From NCBI RefSeq assembly GCF_000092105.1, contig NC_014148.1, positions 2,700,001-2,732,000 of the forward strand: a stretch of DNA of 32,000 bases, given 5' to 3'. The notes below the pieces were generated by a model, which ran no database searches, was not told where the DNA came from, and saw only the letters and a list, made by a program, of their open reading frames with translations. The stretch is from Planctopirus limnophila DSM 3776 (GTDB taxonomy: Bacteria > Planctomycetota > Planctomycetia > Planctomycetales > Planctomycetaceae). Each line of letters begins with the position of its first letter. Positions within the stretch are counted from its first letter, which is position 1. This document shows, one piece after another, positions 19,551 through 28,417 of this stretch. Made by a program: the position numbers and the translations under genes.

Positions 19551-20357
19551 CTAAAGCCGAACGACGAGGAGATCTTCTGCCACAACAGTTTTGGGGAAGA
19601 TCTGACGTGCCTGATCGAGATCGACCGGATCGTCACTCAGATCGCGCGGATCGATGTGAGTCAGGTAAAGCTGCTGGACTTTCGCAGCCAGTGCCAGCCG
19701 GGCGACTGCACTGGTATGGCTATGGCCTGTCGGCTGGCACCATTTCTCGTCAGCATCACGAAATGAGCATTCGTGAATCAGCAGATCCACTTCGCGAATC
19801 CAATCGAGATAGCTCTCGTTCGCCGTGGTATCTGTCACATAGGCCAGCGCCTTTGAATTTTTTTCGAGACGGAAGGCCATCGATCCTCCCGGATGCACCA
19901 TCGATCGAGAGGTAATGACACAGTCACTGCAAGAAATCACATCCTCAAGAATGCAGAACTCGAACCCGGGAAGAATGGGAAAAATCGGTTCCGCAAACAG
20001 ATGAGTGCGAACGGCATGAAGTGTGGCTGCGGTGCCATACAGCCTGCAACTGGTAAAGTACCCAGTGAGCAATGGTGCCAGCAGGTAAGTCAGACCACAC
20101 ACATGGTCAAGATGGGCATGGGAGAGGAAGACATTCAATTCCCCAGGTGGCATGACCTTGGGAATACGGAAGGCGCTCGTGCCCGCATCAAAGACAATTC
20201 GAGCTTCAGGGATGGCCACTCCCGCCGTATGCCGTCTTTCATTGGGGTGATACCCCCCGGTGCCCAGGAAAATCACCTCCATAACGGTTGATCCCTGTTC
20301 AAAATGAAAGACTTTCCCAGCACGATGCGTGCCCCACGTTACCAGCCGATTCGCCAA
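19551..20357 (-). CDS. MBL-fold metallo-hydrolase
   Basis: VIFLGTGG at the N-terminus and the HxHxDH motif LSHAHLDHVCGL. The likely start is ATG 20282. Confidence 0.9.
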   Translation of the reverse strand: MANRLVTWGTHRAGKVFHFEQGSTVMEVIFLGTGGYHPNERRHTAGVAIPEARIVFDAGTSAFRIPKVMPPGELNVFLSHAHLDHVCGLTYLLAPLLTGYFTSCRLYGTAATLHAVRTHLFAEPIFPILPGFEFCILEDVISCSDCVITSRSMVHPGGSMAFRLEKNSKALAYVTDTTANESYLDWIREVDLLIHECSFRDADEKWCQPTGHSHTSAVARLALAAKVQQLYLTHIDPRDLSDDPVDLDQARQIFPKTVVAEDLLVVRL

Positions 20358-20411
20358 CTCTGAAGCATCCGCGTGTCAATCATCATGCGCTGCGAGTGAG
20401 CAGCGATGCAA

Positions 20412-22184
20412 TCATTGATTTTCAGTCGCAGGTTGAGGCCGCGTGAGGAGCGATACCACAATCACGACCAGAAATCCGAGGGGGATTGTCACAATCCCGG
20501 GTTGACTGAAGGGGACGAGCGCCATCTGGGCGGCATCATTCTTCGCGTAGCCGTAGACGTTCTGGAATGTCTCCTGGCTGAGAAGAATCCAGGTCAAGGA
20601 CGACAACATCCCTACGAGAACCGAAGCTGCGACACCGGCACCGGTGGTCCTCCGCCAGAAGAGGACCATCACCAGAGCTGGCAGATTGGCCGAAGCCGCC
20701 ACACTGAAGGCCCACCCGACCAGAAAGCTGGCATTAAACTTCTGAAACCAGATCCCCAGACCAATGGCCATTACAGAGACCAACAAAGCGACGAGTTTTC
20801 CAAAGCGAACTTTCTGATGATCGCTCAATGGAATCTGCAGCCACCCCACCAGGAGATCGTGCACCACAGCACCACTGGCTGCCACAATCAAACCACTCAC
20901 AGTTCCGAGAACTGTGGTGAATGCAATGGCAGAGACCAGTGCAAAAGGAAGCTCACCAAAGGTTCGAGCCAGAAGGGGAGCCGCCATATTGCTGTCCGTC
21001 AGATCAATGTTTCCACCGGTCATGGCCCCCAGGCCCAGAAACAAAGTCAGAATGTAAAACACACCAATGGTCGCAATCCCGACCACGGTACTCTGGCGTG
21101 CCGCGCGGCCATCTTTAACGGTGTAATAACGAATCAGCACATGTGGTAAGGAGGCTGTCCCGGCAAAGAGAGCCAGCATCAGCGAGATGAAGTTCAGTTT
21201 GGGCCAGATGGAATCCGACTTGATGCCCTGGAACAAGGGGCTCCGCCCGGGCATCAGCACTTCCTGGCCAGAAACAACGATCGGGGAATAGGTGGTGACC
21301 TTTCCTTCCTCGGTCGCTTGAGTATTTTCATTCCACAGAATGACTTGTGACTGATTCAATTCCTGCAAAAATCCCCAGGGACTCAATGGGCCTGTGCTCG
21401 TGCGCGCTTCGCCATTGGGCCCTGTGGCTAACGACGCCAGTTGACCGACACCGCGAATACGAGCCTGTCCGGCACCACTTCCCAGAGGAGTACCATCAAT
21501 CAGTTTTTCTCCAGAGGCTGTCACCGTCAAAACCTGAGGCTGCATGGCCAGTGGATCATCTGTGCTGGTCAAACCACGATTGAGTATGAGAATCGTGATC
21601 AAACCACTGAAGAACACCAGCAACGCCCCCTTAATGAATTGAACGTACGTCGTACTCACCATCCCGGCGGAAACCACGATCACCGTGACGACCAGTCCCA
21701 CGGCAATCACACCCATCCAGTGAGGCAAACCGAAGAGTGGCATAATGAGTGCGCCGGCGCCGACCATTTGTGGAATCAGGTAGAACGCACTGACAACCAG
21801 CGCACTCAATCCCGCAGCAAAGGTCACTGCACGCGATTGAAAACGACTGTTCAAGGCATCGGCAAATGTGTATCGCCCCATGCGTTTGAGAGGTTCGGCA
21901 ATCACAAACAATGCCACCACCCAGCCAGCCAGAAATCCGATCGAATACAGAAATCCATCGTAGCCGTAGCGAGCAATCATCCCGCAAATTCCGAGAAACG
22001 AGGCGGCTGATAAATAGTCACCGGCAAAAGCCACACCATTCACAAACCATGGAATCTGCCCACCCGCTGCAAAGTAAGAGGCCGACGATTTACTTTTGGA
22101 AGCAAACCAGAAACTGATCCCCAGCGTGAAGCCGACAAAGATCAGAAAGATCAACATTGCCAATGGTGAAGGGTCTGTCAGCAC
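20412..22184 (-). CDS. actP: Cation/acetate symporter, sodium:solute symporter family
   Basis: The N-terminus LIFLIFVGFTLGISFWFASKSK..YFAAGG..NGVAFAGDYLSAASFLGI closely parallels E. coli ActP as I remember it. GTASLPHVLIRYYT is present. A DUF485 gene lies upstream. Confidence 0.88.
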   Translation of the reverse strand: MLTDPSPLAMLIFLIFVGFTLGISFWFASKSKSSASYFAAGGQIPWFVNGVAFAGDYLSAASFLGICGMIARYGYDGFLYSIGFLAGWVVALFVIAEPLKRMGRYTFADALNSRFQSRAVTFAAGLSALVVSAFYLIPQMVGAGALIMPLFGLPHWMGVIAVGLVVTVIVVSAGMVSTTYVQFIKGALLVFFSGLITILILNRGLTSTDDPLAMQPQVLTVTASGEKLIDGTPLGSGAGQARIRGVGQLASLATGPNGEARTSTGPLSPWGFLQELNQSQVILWNENTQATEEGKVTTYSPIVVSGQEVLMPGRSPLFQGIKSDSIWPKLNFISLMLALFAGTASLPHVLIRYYTVKDGRAARQSTVVGIATIGVFYILTLFLGLGAMTGGNIDLTDSNMAAPLLARTFGELPFALVSAIAFTTVLGTVSGLIVAASGAVVHDLLVGWLQIPLSDHQKVRFGKLVALLVSVMAIGLGIWFQKFNASFLVGWAFSVAASANLPALVMVLFWRRTTGAGVAASVLVGMLSSLTWILLSQETFQNVYGYAKNDAAQMALVPFSQPGIVTIPLGFLVVIVVSLLTRPQPATENQ

Positions 22185-22314
22185 GAGATTACCTTTACGC
22201 CGAGCGGCAGAAGAATTCGTCAGGCTGTTAAAGCGATTTGTGAAATCGAGATGCTGTTGATGAAGCCATCATCAGATGAGTCATTGAATCCGACTCCCCA
22301 CTTGAAAAGGGGAG

Positions 22315-22575
22315 TTACTCCGACGTACAGGCTCTGGCATAGAGCACTGCCAGAATGATCGCCCCCAGAATCAGGCCGAACCCTGCAGTCACTGCGGCGG
22401 GGACACCGAAAACTGGAATTGCCAGCGAAGAAAAAGAGAAGGCACTGATGGCAACAAACAGGCTGTATAAACTCGTGTAGAAGATGAACAGCCTCATTCC
22501 CAGGCGTGCATTGCCCTGCTGCGAAGCCAGTGACTGAGGGGCCGATTCGTTCACGGGTTGATGATCGAAGTGCAT
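22315..22575 (-). CDS. DUF485 (YjcH-like) small two-helix membrane protein
   Basis: 86 aa with ATG at 22575. It has two hydrophobic helices with the YjcH-like layout and sits upstream of actP, as in the yjcH-actP pairing. Confidence 0.75.
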   Translation of the reverse strand: MHFDHQPVNESAPQSLASQQGNARLGMRLFIFYTSLYSLFVAISAFSFSSLAIPVFGVPAAVTAGFGLILGAIILAVLYARACTSE

Positions 22576-22726
22576 CAGGAAATACCCCTCTTTTTAGCGA
22601 AACTCTCAACAGGCTGATCAATTCTCAATCGGCCGACTTGGGAGAGAACCTGGCAAATACAGCAGGCATGTTGCAGATTTATCCACAGACATGTTGATGA
22701 AATGTTTGAGTTTGTTTGGGAAAGTT

Positions 22727-22761
22727 TCGGGATCGGAATGATGGCCTCACTCCGATCCCGA
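22727..22761 (-). terminator. Perfect 11-bp stem-loop downstream of the sugar kinase gene (possible terminator, no U-tract)
   Basis: tcgggatcgga (22727-22737) and tccgatcccga (22751-22761) are exact complements with a 13-nt loop. The hairpin lies 29 nt after the stop at 22790. No T-run follows on either strand. Confidence 0.35.
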
Positions 22762-22789
22762 CAAACTATCCCCCATCTATAACGTCGGT

Positions 22790-23872
22790 TTAGCGCTGAA
22801 CGCGTGCTGAACCACCCTTGGCCAGTGCTTCTACTTCAGGCAGCTTGGCCATGGTGGTGTCCCCTGGGAAGGTCGTGAGCAGAGCGCCGTGAGCCCAGCC
22901 CAATCGGAGAGCCTGCTCTGGTGTCTTGCCATTGAGAAGGCCGTAAATCAAACCCGCACAGAAACCATCACCACCACCAATTCGATCGACAACGTCGAGG
23001 GCCATGGTGGGACTGACAAACTTCTGCCCGTTGAGCCAGAGCACAGCAGCCCAGTCATGTCGATTTGTGGTATGCACTTCGCGTAAAGTGGTGGCGACCA
23101 GTTTGACGTTCGGGAATTTCTTTGTGGCTTTGTCGATCAGTTGGAAGAAAGAGTCCGGGTCGAGTTTGGACTTATGCTCGACATCCTGTCCTTCAATGCC
23201 CAGACCTTTTTGCAGGTCTTCTTCGTTGCCAATCAGACAGTCGACATGCTCGACAATCTTGGCGATGGTTTCCTGACCCTTGGCATCACCACCGACCGAT
23301 GCCCAGAGCTTGGCTCGGTAATTGAGATCAAACGAAGTGATAGCTCCCGCAGCCTTGGCAGCCTTCATCCCTTCGATAATGACCTGTGAGGTTGTCTCCG
23401 AGAGGGCTGCAAAAATGCCACCCGAATGAAACCACTTGACGCCATTGGCGAAAATCTCTGACCAATTGAAATCGCCGGGCTTTAGCATGGCTCCCGCTTC
23501 GTTGGAGCGATTGTAGAACACGACGGGAGGGCGGACTCCCAGACCGCGATCACTGTAAACCGTGGCAATATTCGGCCCACGCACACCATCATGCTTGAAC
23601 CACTTATAGAAAGGCTTGACCCCCATTTCACGGACTCGGGCCTGCACCAGTTCACCAATCCCGTAGTCAACCATGGCCGTCGCTACGCCTGTCTTCTGAC
23701 CAAAACAATCCGCCAGGTTGGCAGCGACGTTGTATTCACCACCCGAAACATGGATGTCAAAACTTTTGGCCTTCCGGAAGGGGATAATGCCAGGATCCAG
23801 ACGATGCACGAGAGCACCCAGTGCCAGAAAATCGAGTTCACAGGCATCTTGACGAATTGCGAGGTCAGCCAT
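22790..23872 (-). CDS. PfkB-family sugar kinase, 2-dehydro-3-deoxygluconokinase (KdgK)-like
   Basis: 360 aa. It has GGEYNVAANLA, WFHSGGI, SFDLNYRAKLW, IGNEEDL and the PfkB C-terminal motif GGGDGFCAGLIYGLL. Confidence 0.88.
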   Translation of the reverse strand: MADLAIRQDACELDFLALGALVHRLDPGIIPFRKAKSFDIHVSGGEYNVAANLADCFGQKTGVATAMVDYGIGELVQARVREMGVKPFYKWFKHDGVRGPNIATVYSDRGLGVRPPVVFYNRSNEAGAMLKPGDFNWSEIFANGVKWFHSGGIFAALSETTSQVIIEGMKAAKAAGAITSFDLNYRAKLWASVGGDAKGQETIAKIVEHVDCLIGNEEDLQKGLGIEGQDVEHKSKLDPDSFFQLIDKATKKFPNVKLVATTLREVHTTNRHDWAAVLWLNGQKFVSPTMALDVVDRIGGGDGFCAGLIYGLLNGKTPEQALRLGWAHGALLTTFPGDTTMAKLPEVEALAKGGSARVQR

Positions 23873-23981
23873 GAGTTGAAAACTTTCTTTTCAGATAAAG
23901 GAGGAAACAGAGTTTGCCATTAAGGTCGTTATGCGGGTTTTCCAATCCGCAGGAACTACAAATGCTTGTCTCAATCAGGTC

Positions 23982-24809
23982 TCAGATGGTGACTGAAGAA
24001 AATCCACCATCGACCACAATATTCTGACCCGTCACGAAGGAAGAAGCTGTTGATGAAGCGAGCCAGACGACAGCACCCGAAAGTTCGTCCGCAGTCCCAA
24101 AGCGGGCCATCGGTGTATGCGAGATGATCTGCTGACCACGGGCGGTGTAGCTACCATCGGGATTGAACAGCAGAGCCTTATTCTGCTCGGCCGGAAAAAA
24201 CCCTGGACTGATTGCATTCACACGCACACCGGTCGTGGCCCATTCACGGGCGAGAAACTTGGTGAGATTCAATACCGCGGCTTTGGCTGCTGAATACGCC
24301 ACCACACGTGAAAGCGGGATCATGCCTGACATCGAGGCAATATTGACAATCGAGCCACGCTGCCGCTTGACCATTGACTCACCGAAAACCTGACTGGGGA
24401 GCAATACACCAGCCGTCAAGTTGAGATCAAACACTTCATTCCAGGCACTGATCGGGAGTTTGCAAAAGTCAGCCCCGGGAGGAAGCGTCGCCTCAGGCCG
24501 GTTGCCACCTGCCGCATTGACGAGAATTGTCGCAGTTCCGACAGTGCTCTCAATCTCCTGACGGGCTTGCAACAACGACTCCGCATGGCCGGCATCTGCC
24601 GATACAAAGCTGGCCCGGCCACCTTCCGCTCGAATGGACGCCACCCGGGCTTCACCGCGTTCCTGGTTTCGACCCATCACGACCACATGGGCTCCCTGAG
24701 CGGCGAGAGCACTCGCCATCGAGCCACCCAGAACACCGGTGGCGCCAATCACAATGGCGACATCTTCCGATAAATCAAAAATATTGCGCATCATGTTACC
24801 ATTTAACAA
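23982..24809 (-). CDS. SDR-family oxidoreductase, D-mannonate oxidoreductase (UxuB-type)-like
   Basis: Rossmann motif GATGVLGG, NAAGG, catalytic YSAAKAA, and a tail PMARFGTADEL..VTGQNIVVDGGFS. From memory, the GVLGG and NPDGSYT.RG features match SDR-type UxuB. Substrate is not proven. Confidence 0.88.
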   Translation of the reverse strand: MLNGNMMRNIFDLSEDVAIVIGATGVLGGSMASALAAQGAHVVVMGRNQERGEARVASIRAEGGRASFVSADAGHAESLLQARQEIESTVGTATILVNAAGGNRPEATLPPGADFCKLPISAWNEVFDLNLTAGVLLPSQVFGESMVKRQRGSIVNIASMSGMIPLSRVVAYSAAKAAVLNLTKFLAREWATTGVRVNAISPGFFPAEQNKALLFNPDGSYTARGQQIISHTPMARFGTADELSGAVVWLASSTASSFVTGQNIVVDGGFSSVTI

Positions 24810-24954
24810 TTTACAGACATTCGAAAAATCACCGCTATGAGCGAGTGGATTTCATCTCATATTTTTTGAATCTGGTCACTCGGGAAGTTCGTTTTCCAAT
24901 TTTGAGGTTTCATTTTTTGGGAAAGAGTAGCAACTGGCTGATCTTTTCGCACGC

Positions 24955-25365
24955 ATGCACACATGCGAAGGAGATCATTTGATGGAGTCTTCCAACACGA
25001 GTCCTTCCGATTCATCCGCGAACAGCACATTGGGAACAATAGCACCATCGAATCACCAGAATTCATGCTGGCGAGGGCTACGTTATCGAATGAGGCTGTC
25101 CCAGCGCAGAATTCGAATGTTTCCTAAACCGCTAAGGCTGATATTCATTTTCTGCCTGGGAGCAGGTCTCATCGCCTCCGGGATCATCATGCTCGTCATC
25201 CCTGGGCCGGGCATTCTGACGATCCTGTTGGGATTAAGTATTCTTTCGACAGAATTCTTATGGGCGGCCGGAGTGATGAAGTGGATCGCCAAACATTGCA
25301 AACCTTGGTTGCACTGGATCAATCAATGCTGGAGGCGAATGATCGAACCTCAAAGCGTGAAGTGA
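24955..25365 (+). CDS. PGPGW-motif small membrane protein
   Basis: Two hydrophobic helices around LVIPGPGILTILLGL. AAGGAG at 24968-24973 lies 8 nt before ATG 24982, which is the likelier start. Confidence 0.6.
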   Translation: MHTCEGDHLMESSNTSPSDSSANSTLGTIAPSNHQNSCWRGLRYRMRLSQRRIRMFPKPLRLIFIFCLGAGLIASGIIMLVIPGPGILTILLGLSILSTEFLWAAGVMKWIAKHCKPWLHWINQCWRRMIEPQSVK

Positions 25366-25480
25366 AGGTCTCTTGATGAAAGAAATCCTGCTCATGCCGA
25401 ATGCCATTTGATCTTTTGATTGGCTAAAGTGCTGGAGAGTTGTTGCCAGCACTTTGTCTTTACTTTAGAGAGACCAGATT

Positions 25481-26461
25481 TTGGGTAATTTTTCGGCGGG
25501 AAACGCTTCGACTCCCGACGCAGAGCCTGCGGGGTCTGGCAAGAGAAACTCGTCCCAGCGGGCTGTGCATCTGCCTGTTATGCTTCGCGAAGTTATCCAG
25601 CAGCTTCAACTCGAACCAGGACTCGTGGTGGCAGACGGAACTCTCGGGGCAGGGGGGCATAGCCGAGAGATTTTGAAAGCCATCGGATCAGCAGGGATGC
25701 TGCTCGCTTTCGACCGCGACCCGATGATGATTTCGTTGGCAGAGAAAACCGTGTGTGGAGAAAACGTCCACATTCACCAGGGAAGTTACATCGACATCCG
25801 GGATGTACTCCAGCGTCATACACAAGCCACTGGCCGCCCACCACTGGTTGATCGATTACTGCTCGACCTGGGTTACTCTTCCGATCAGTTGGCAGATCGA
25901 GAGCGCGGCTTCAGTTTTCAGACAGAAGGGCCCCTCGATCTACGTTTCTCAACCAGTGAAAACGTTTCGGCTGCCCATTGGCTGGCCACGGCCAACGATT
26001 CGGAAATTGTTCGAGTCCTGACAGAGTTCGGCGAGGAACCATTTGCAGATCGGTTAGGACCGGCGATTGGTCTTGCTGCGCGGCGAGGGGAATTACAAAC
26101 AACGAAAGATCTAGTACGTGTTGTCGAGCAGACTGTTCCACCGGCGATTTTGCGAAATGCCGAGAAGCATCCGGCCACTCGGGTTTTTCAGGCCCTGCGC
26201 ATTCAGGTGAATGATGAACTCACGCATGTCTCGACCATGTTGAACCAGATCGCACCGGAAGTATTGGCTCCTGGCGGAATCATGGCCGTCATCACCTTCC
26301 ATTCGCTGGAAGATCGACTGGTCAAGCAGGCCTTTCGACAAAAAAACGTATGGCAAGAATTAACAGACAAACCCCTCGTACCCACACCTGCCGAGATTCG
26401 ATTTAATCCTCGCAGCCGCTCTGCAAAACTTCGAATTGCACGAAGAATAGCAGAGAACTAG
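25481..26461 (+). CDS. rsmH: 16S rRNA (cytosine1402-N4)-methyltransferase
   Basis: HLPVMLREV, DGTLGAGGHS, LAFDRDP, LLDLGYSSDQL, ERGFSF, HPATRVFQALRIQVNDEL, ITFHSLEDRLVK and NPRSRSAKLRIA all parallel E. coli RsmH. Confidence 0.95.
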   Translation: MGNFSAGNASTPDAEPAGSGKRNSSQRAVHLPVMLREVIQQLQLEPGLVVADGTLGAGGHSREILKAIGSAGMLLAFDRDPMMISLAEKTVCGENVHIHQGSYIDIRDVLQRHTQATGRPPLVDRLLLDLGYSSDQLADRERGFSFQTEGPLDLRFSTSENVSAAHWLATANDSEIVRVLTEFGEEPFADRLGPAIGLAARRGELQTTKDLVRVVEQTVPPAILRNAEKHPATRVFQALRIQVNDELTHVSTMLNQIAPEVLAPGGIMAVITFHSLEDRLVKQAFRQKNVWQELTDKPLVPTPAEIRFNPRSRSAKLRIARRIAEN

Positions 26462-26498
26462 GCATTAGAGATCCGGTGCAAAGTCGAAAGTTCATCGT

Positions 26499-27101
26499 AT
26501 GTCATCACATAAGCCTGCCCCATCCTCGGTCGATATCCATCCTCTGATTCAAGATCGATGGAGTCCTTTGAGCTTTCGCCCGGAGCCTTTGACAAAACTG
26601 CAGATTCAGCAGCTTTGCGAGGCGGCTCGCTGGGCTCCCTCGAGTTACAACGATCAACCGTGGTATTTTTTAATGGCACCACGCGACGATGAAATCGAGT
26701 TTTCCCGTCTGCTGAGTTGTCTGGCTGAAGCCAATCAGGTCTGGGCACAACATGCAGGGCTATTGGTTCTGGCAATCGCCCGAACCACCCTGACCCGGAA
26801 TGGTCACCCCAATCGATTCGGGATGCATGATACGGGGATGGCGACCATTCAGCTTGTGCTTCAGGCAGAAGCTATGGGGCTCAAGGCTCACCTCATGGGT
26901 GGCTATAACGCTGCTCAGGCACGGGCCATTTACGAGATCCCCGAAAGCTTTGAACCTGCCGCTGTCATGGCGATTGGCTATCCGGGAGAAGTCGAAAAGC
27001 TTCCTTCAGAACTGCAACAGCGAGAACGATCCGAGCGTTCCCGGCGATCTCTTGAGCAGATGATTTTCACTGGAAAGTTCGAACAGTCATTTCAATTTTG
27101 A
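26499..27101 (+). CDS. Nitroreductase family protein
   Basis: 200 aa. RWSPLSF, APSSYNDQPW and the IGYPG pattern are typical of the nitroreductase fold. Confidence 0.85.
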   Translation: MSSHKPAPSSVDIHPLIQDRWSPLSFRPEPLTKLQIQQLCEAARWAPSSYNDQPWYFLMAPRDDEIEFSRLLSCLAEANQVWAQHAGLLVLAIARTTLTRNGHPNRFGMHDTGMATIQLVLQAEAMGLKAHLMGGYNAAQARAIYEIPESFEPAAVMAIGYPGEVEKLPSELQQRERSERSRRSLEQMIFTGKFEQSFQF

Positions 27102-28138
27102 TTATCAAATGACTGAGCCGCAGAGGGATTGATTTGCCCCTCGGATTTCAAGGTGGAATCGAGAGCCAACTTCTTCCAGCGAGTGGCGAGGAGACCACAG
27201 ATTACCAGTTGGAGCGGATGGTAAATCATAATCGGCAGGAGAATCATTCCCAGAGCAGGGCTGGTACCGAACATGATCTGTGCCATAGGGACAGCCGTGG
27301 CCATCGATTTCTTCGAGCCACAAAAAACAGTCGCAATCCAGTCTTCTCGATTGAACATCAACCCCTGGCAGACTGCACTGAGAATGAAAAATACGAGATA
27401 GAAGAGCGCGAGAGTGATTGCAGCCGTGATAGCGACGACCATCAACCCATGCTTCGTCCAGATGCCCAGGACCATCGAATCACAGAACGAAGTGTAGATC
27501 AGCAGAAGAATCGTGCCGCGATCGACCGAGCTGACAAATCGGCGATGCCTGGTCACCCATCCGCCCAGCCATGGCCGGCAAAGCTGCCCCAGAACCAGTG
27601 GCAAAACCAGCCAAAGTAAAAGCTCCCATATCACTTCCTGCATGGAAAAACTTCCCGCAGTGGAATTCGAATGACCGGCCTGCAAAACGGTTGCCATCCA
27701 TAAGGGAGTCAGCACGACGCCCAGCAGACTGGAAGTGGTGGCGTTGAAGATTGCTGCAGGTACGTTTCCACCTGCTGCTGCCGTCAGAGCCACAGATGAA
27801 GAAACCGTTGATGGCGAGGCACACAGGTAGAACAAACCCAGCCGCAAATCCTCAGGCAGCCAGCCCCTGGTGACTGATATCAACCCCAACCCGATCAGAG
27901 GAAACAGCAGAAACACCGCCCCTTGAACAACCACATGCACTTTCCATTTCATGATTCCCTGTCGCAACGAAGCAAAGCTCAGGGAAAGACCATTCAGATA
28001 AAAGACTAAAGCGACACCCAAACTTGTGATCAGTTCCGGATGGAGCCAGCCACCCCGTGCCCCAGGCGCTGGATAAAGCCACGCCAGCCCGATAGCCAGC
28101 AGCATTCCGAGCAGAAACCAGTCGATTTTCGGCTTCAT
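27092..28138 (-). CDS. Bile acid:sodium symporter (BASS/YfeH-like) family transporter
   Basis: 348 aa, polytopic. The N-terminus MKPKIDWFLLGMLLAIGLAWLYP..GG..HPE is characteristic of the YfeH-like SBF family. Confidence 0.88.
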   Translation of the reverse strand: MKPKIDWFLLGMLLAIGLAWLYPAPGARGGWLHPELITSLGVALVFYLNGLSLSFASLRQGIMKWKVHVVVQGAVFLLFPLIGLGLISVTRGWLPEDLRLGLFYLCASPSTVSSSVALTAAAGGNVPAAIFNATTSSLLGVVLTPLWMATVLQAGHSNSTAGSFSMQEVIWELLLWLVLPLVLGQLCRPWLGGWVTRHRRFVSSVDRGTILLLIYTSFCDSMVLGIWTKHGLMVVAITAAITLALFYLVFFILSAVCQGLMFNREDWIATVFCGSKKSMATAVPMAQIMFGTSPALGMILLPIMIYHPLQLVICGLLATRWKKLALDSTLKSEGQINPSAAQSFDNQN

Positions 28139-28293
28139 CTCGCCATGTTCTTTCGCGGCCAGTCAGGGTCAATCAACACAATGTTTTGATTGTTGTCAGT
28201 TGGGTGGCAGCCAATGACAGCAGAAGAATTCTCGATTCATGCGCGCAGTGTCATGACTGAAGGAAATATCAGGGTCGAAGATCACTGGAGACG

Positions 28294-28329
28294 AAAAGAG
28301 CCTGCTGAAGCAAAACTTCAACAGGCTCT
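28294..28329 (-). terminator. Rho-independent terminator directly after the tRNA-Leu 3' end
   Basis: The minus strand reads AGAGCCTGTTGAAG-TTTTG-CTTCAGCAGGCTCT followed by TTTCGT. This gives a 14-bp stem with one G-U pair, a 5-nt loop and a T-run. It starts 5 nt after the tRNA discriminator base. Confidence 0.65.
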
Positions 28330-28333
28330 CGAG

Positions 28334-28390
28334 TGCCCAAGACAGGAATCGAACCTGCACGGGAGTGATCCCACTAGCTCCTGAAGCTAG
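28334..28390 (-). tRNA. 5'-truncated tRNA-Leu(CAG) copy (anticodon arm to discriminator only); probable att-site remnant, not a functional tRNA
   Basis: The minus strand reads CTAGC-TTCAGGA-GCTAG (anticodon arm, anticodon CAG). Next come the long variable arm GGGA-TCAC-TCCC and the T arm GCAGG-TTCGATT-CCTGT. The 3' acceptor strand is CTTGGGC plus A. No complementary 5' acceptor strand (G[CT][CT][CT][AG][AG]G) and no D arm exist in the 60 nt upstream. Confidence 0.7.
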
Positions 28391-28417
28391 TGAGATTATG
28401 CCAAAAGCCACCCGAAA

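Noticed and set aside
20406-22010. Long + strand ORFs (20406-21149 and 21441-22010).
   Set aside because: They are antisense to the actP homologue. The translations are His/Gln/Arg-rich and have no membrane or domain features.
22220-22621. 133-aa minus ORF overlapping the DUF485 gene and the DUF485-actP spacer.
   Set aside because: It is in a different frame from the 86-aa ORF, which has the two-helix YjcH-like layout. The translation has no features and starts inside the DUF485 coding region.
27092-27101. 10-bp overlap of the convergent nitroreductase and BASS transporter 3' ends.
   Set aside because: Short convergent overlaps are common and need no special explanation.
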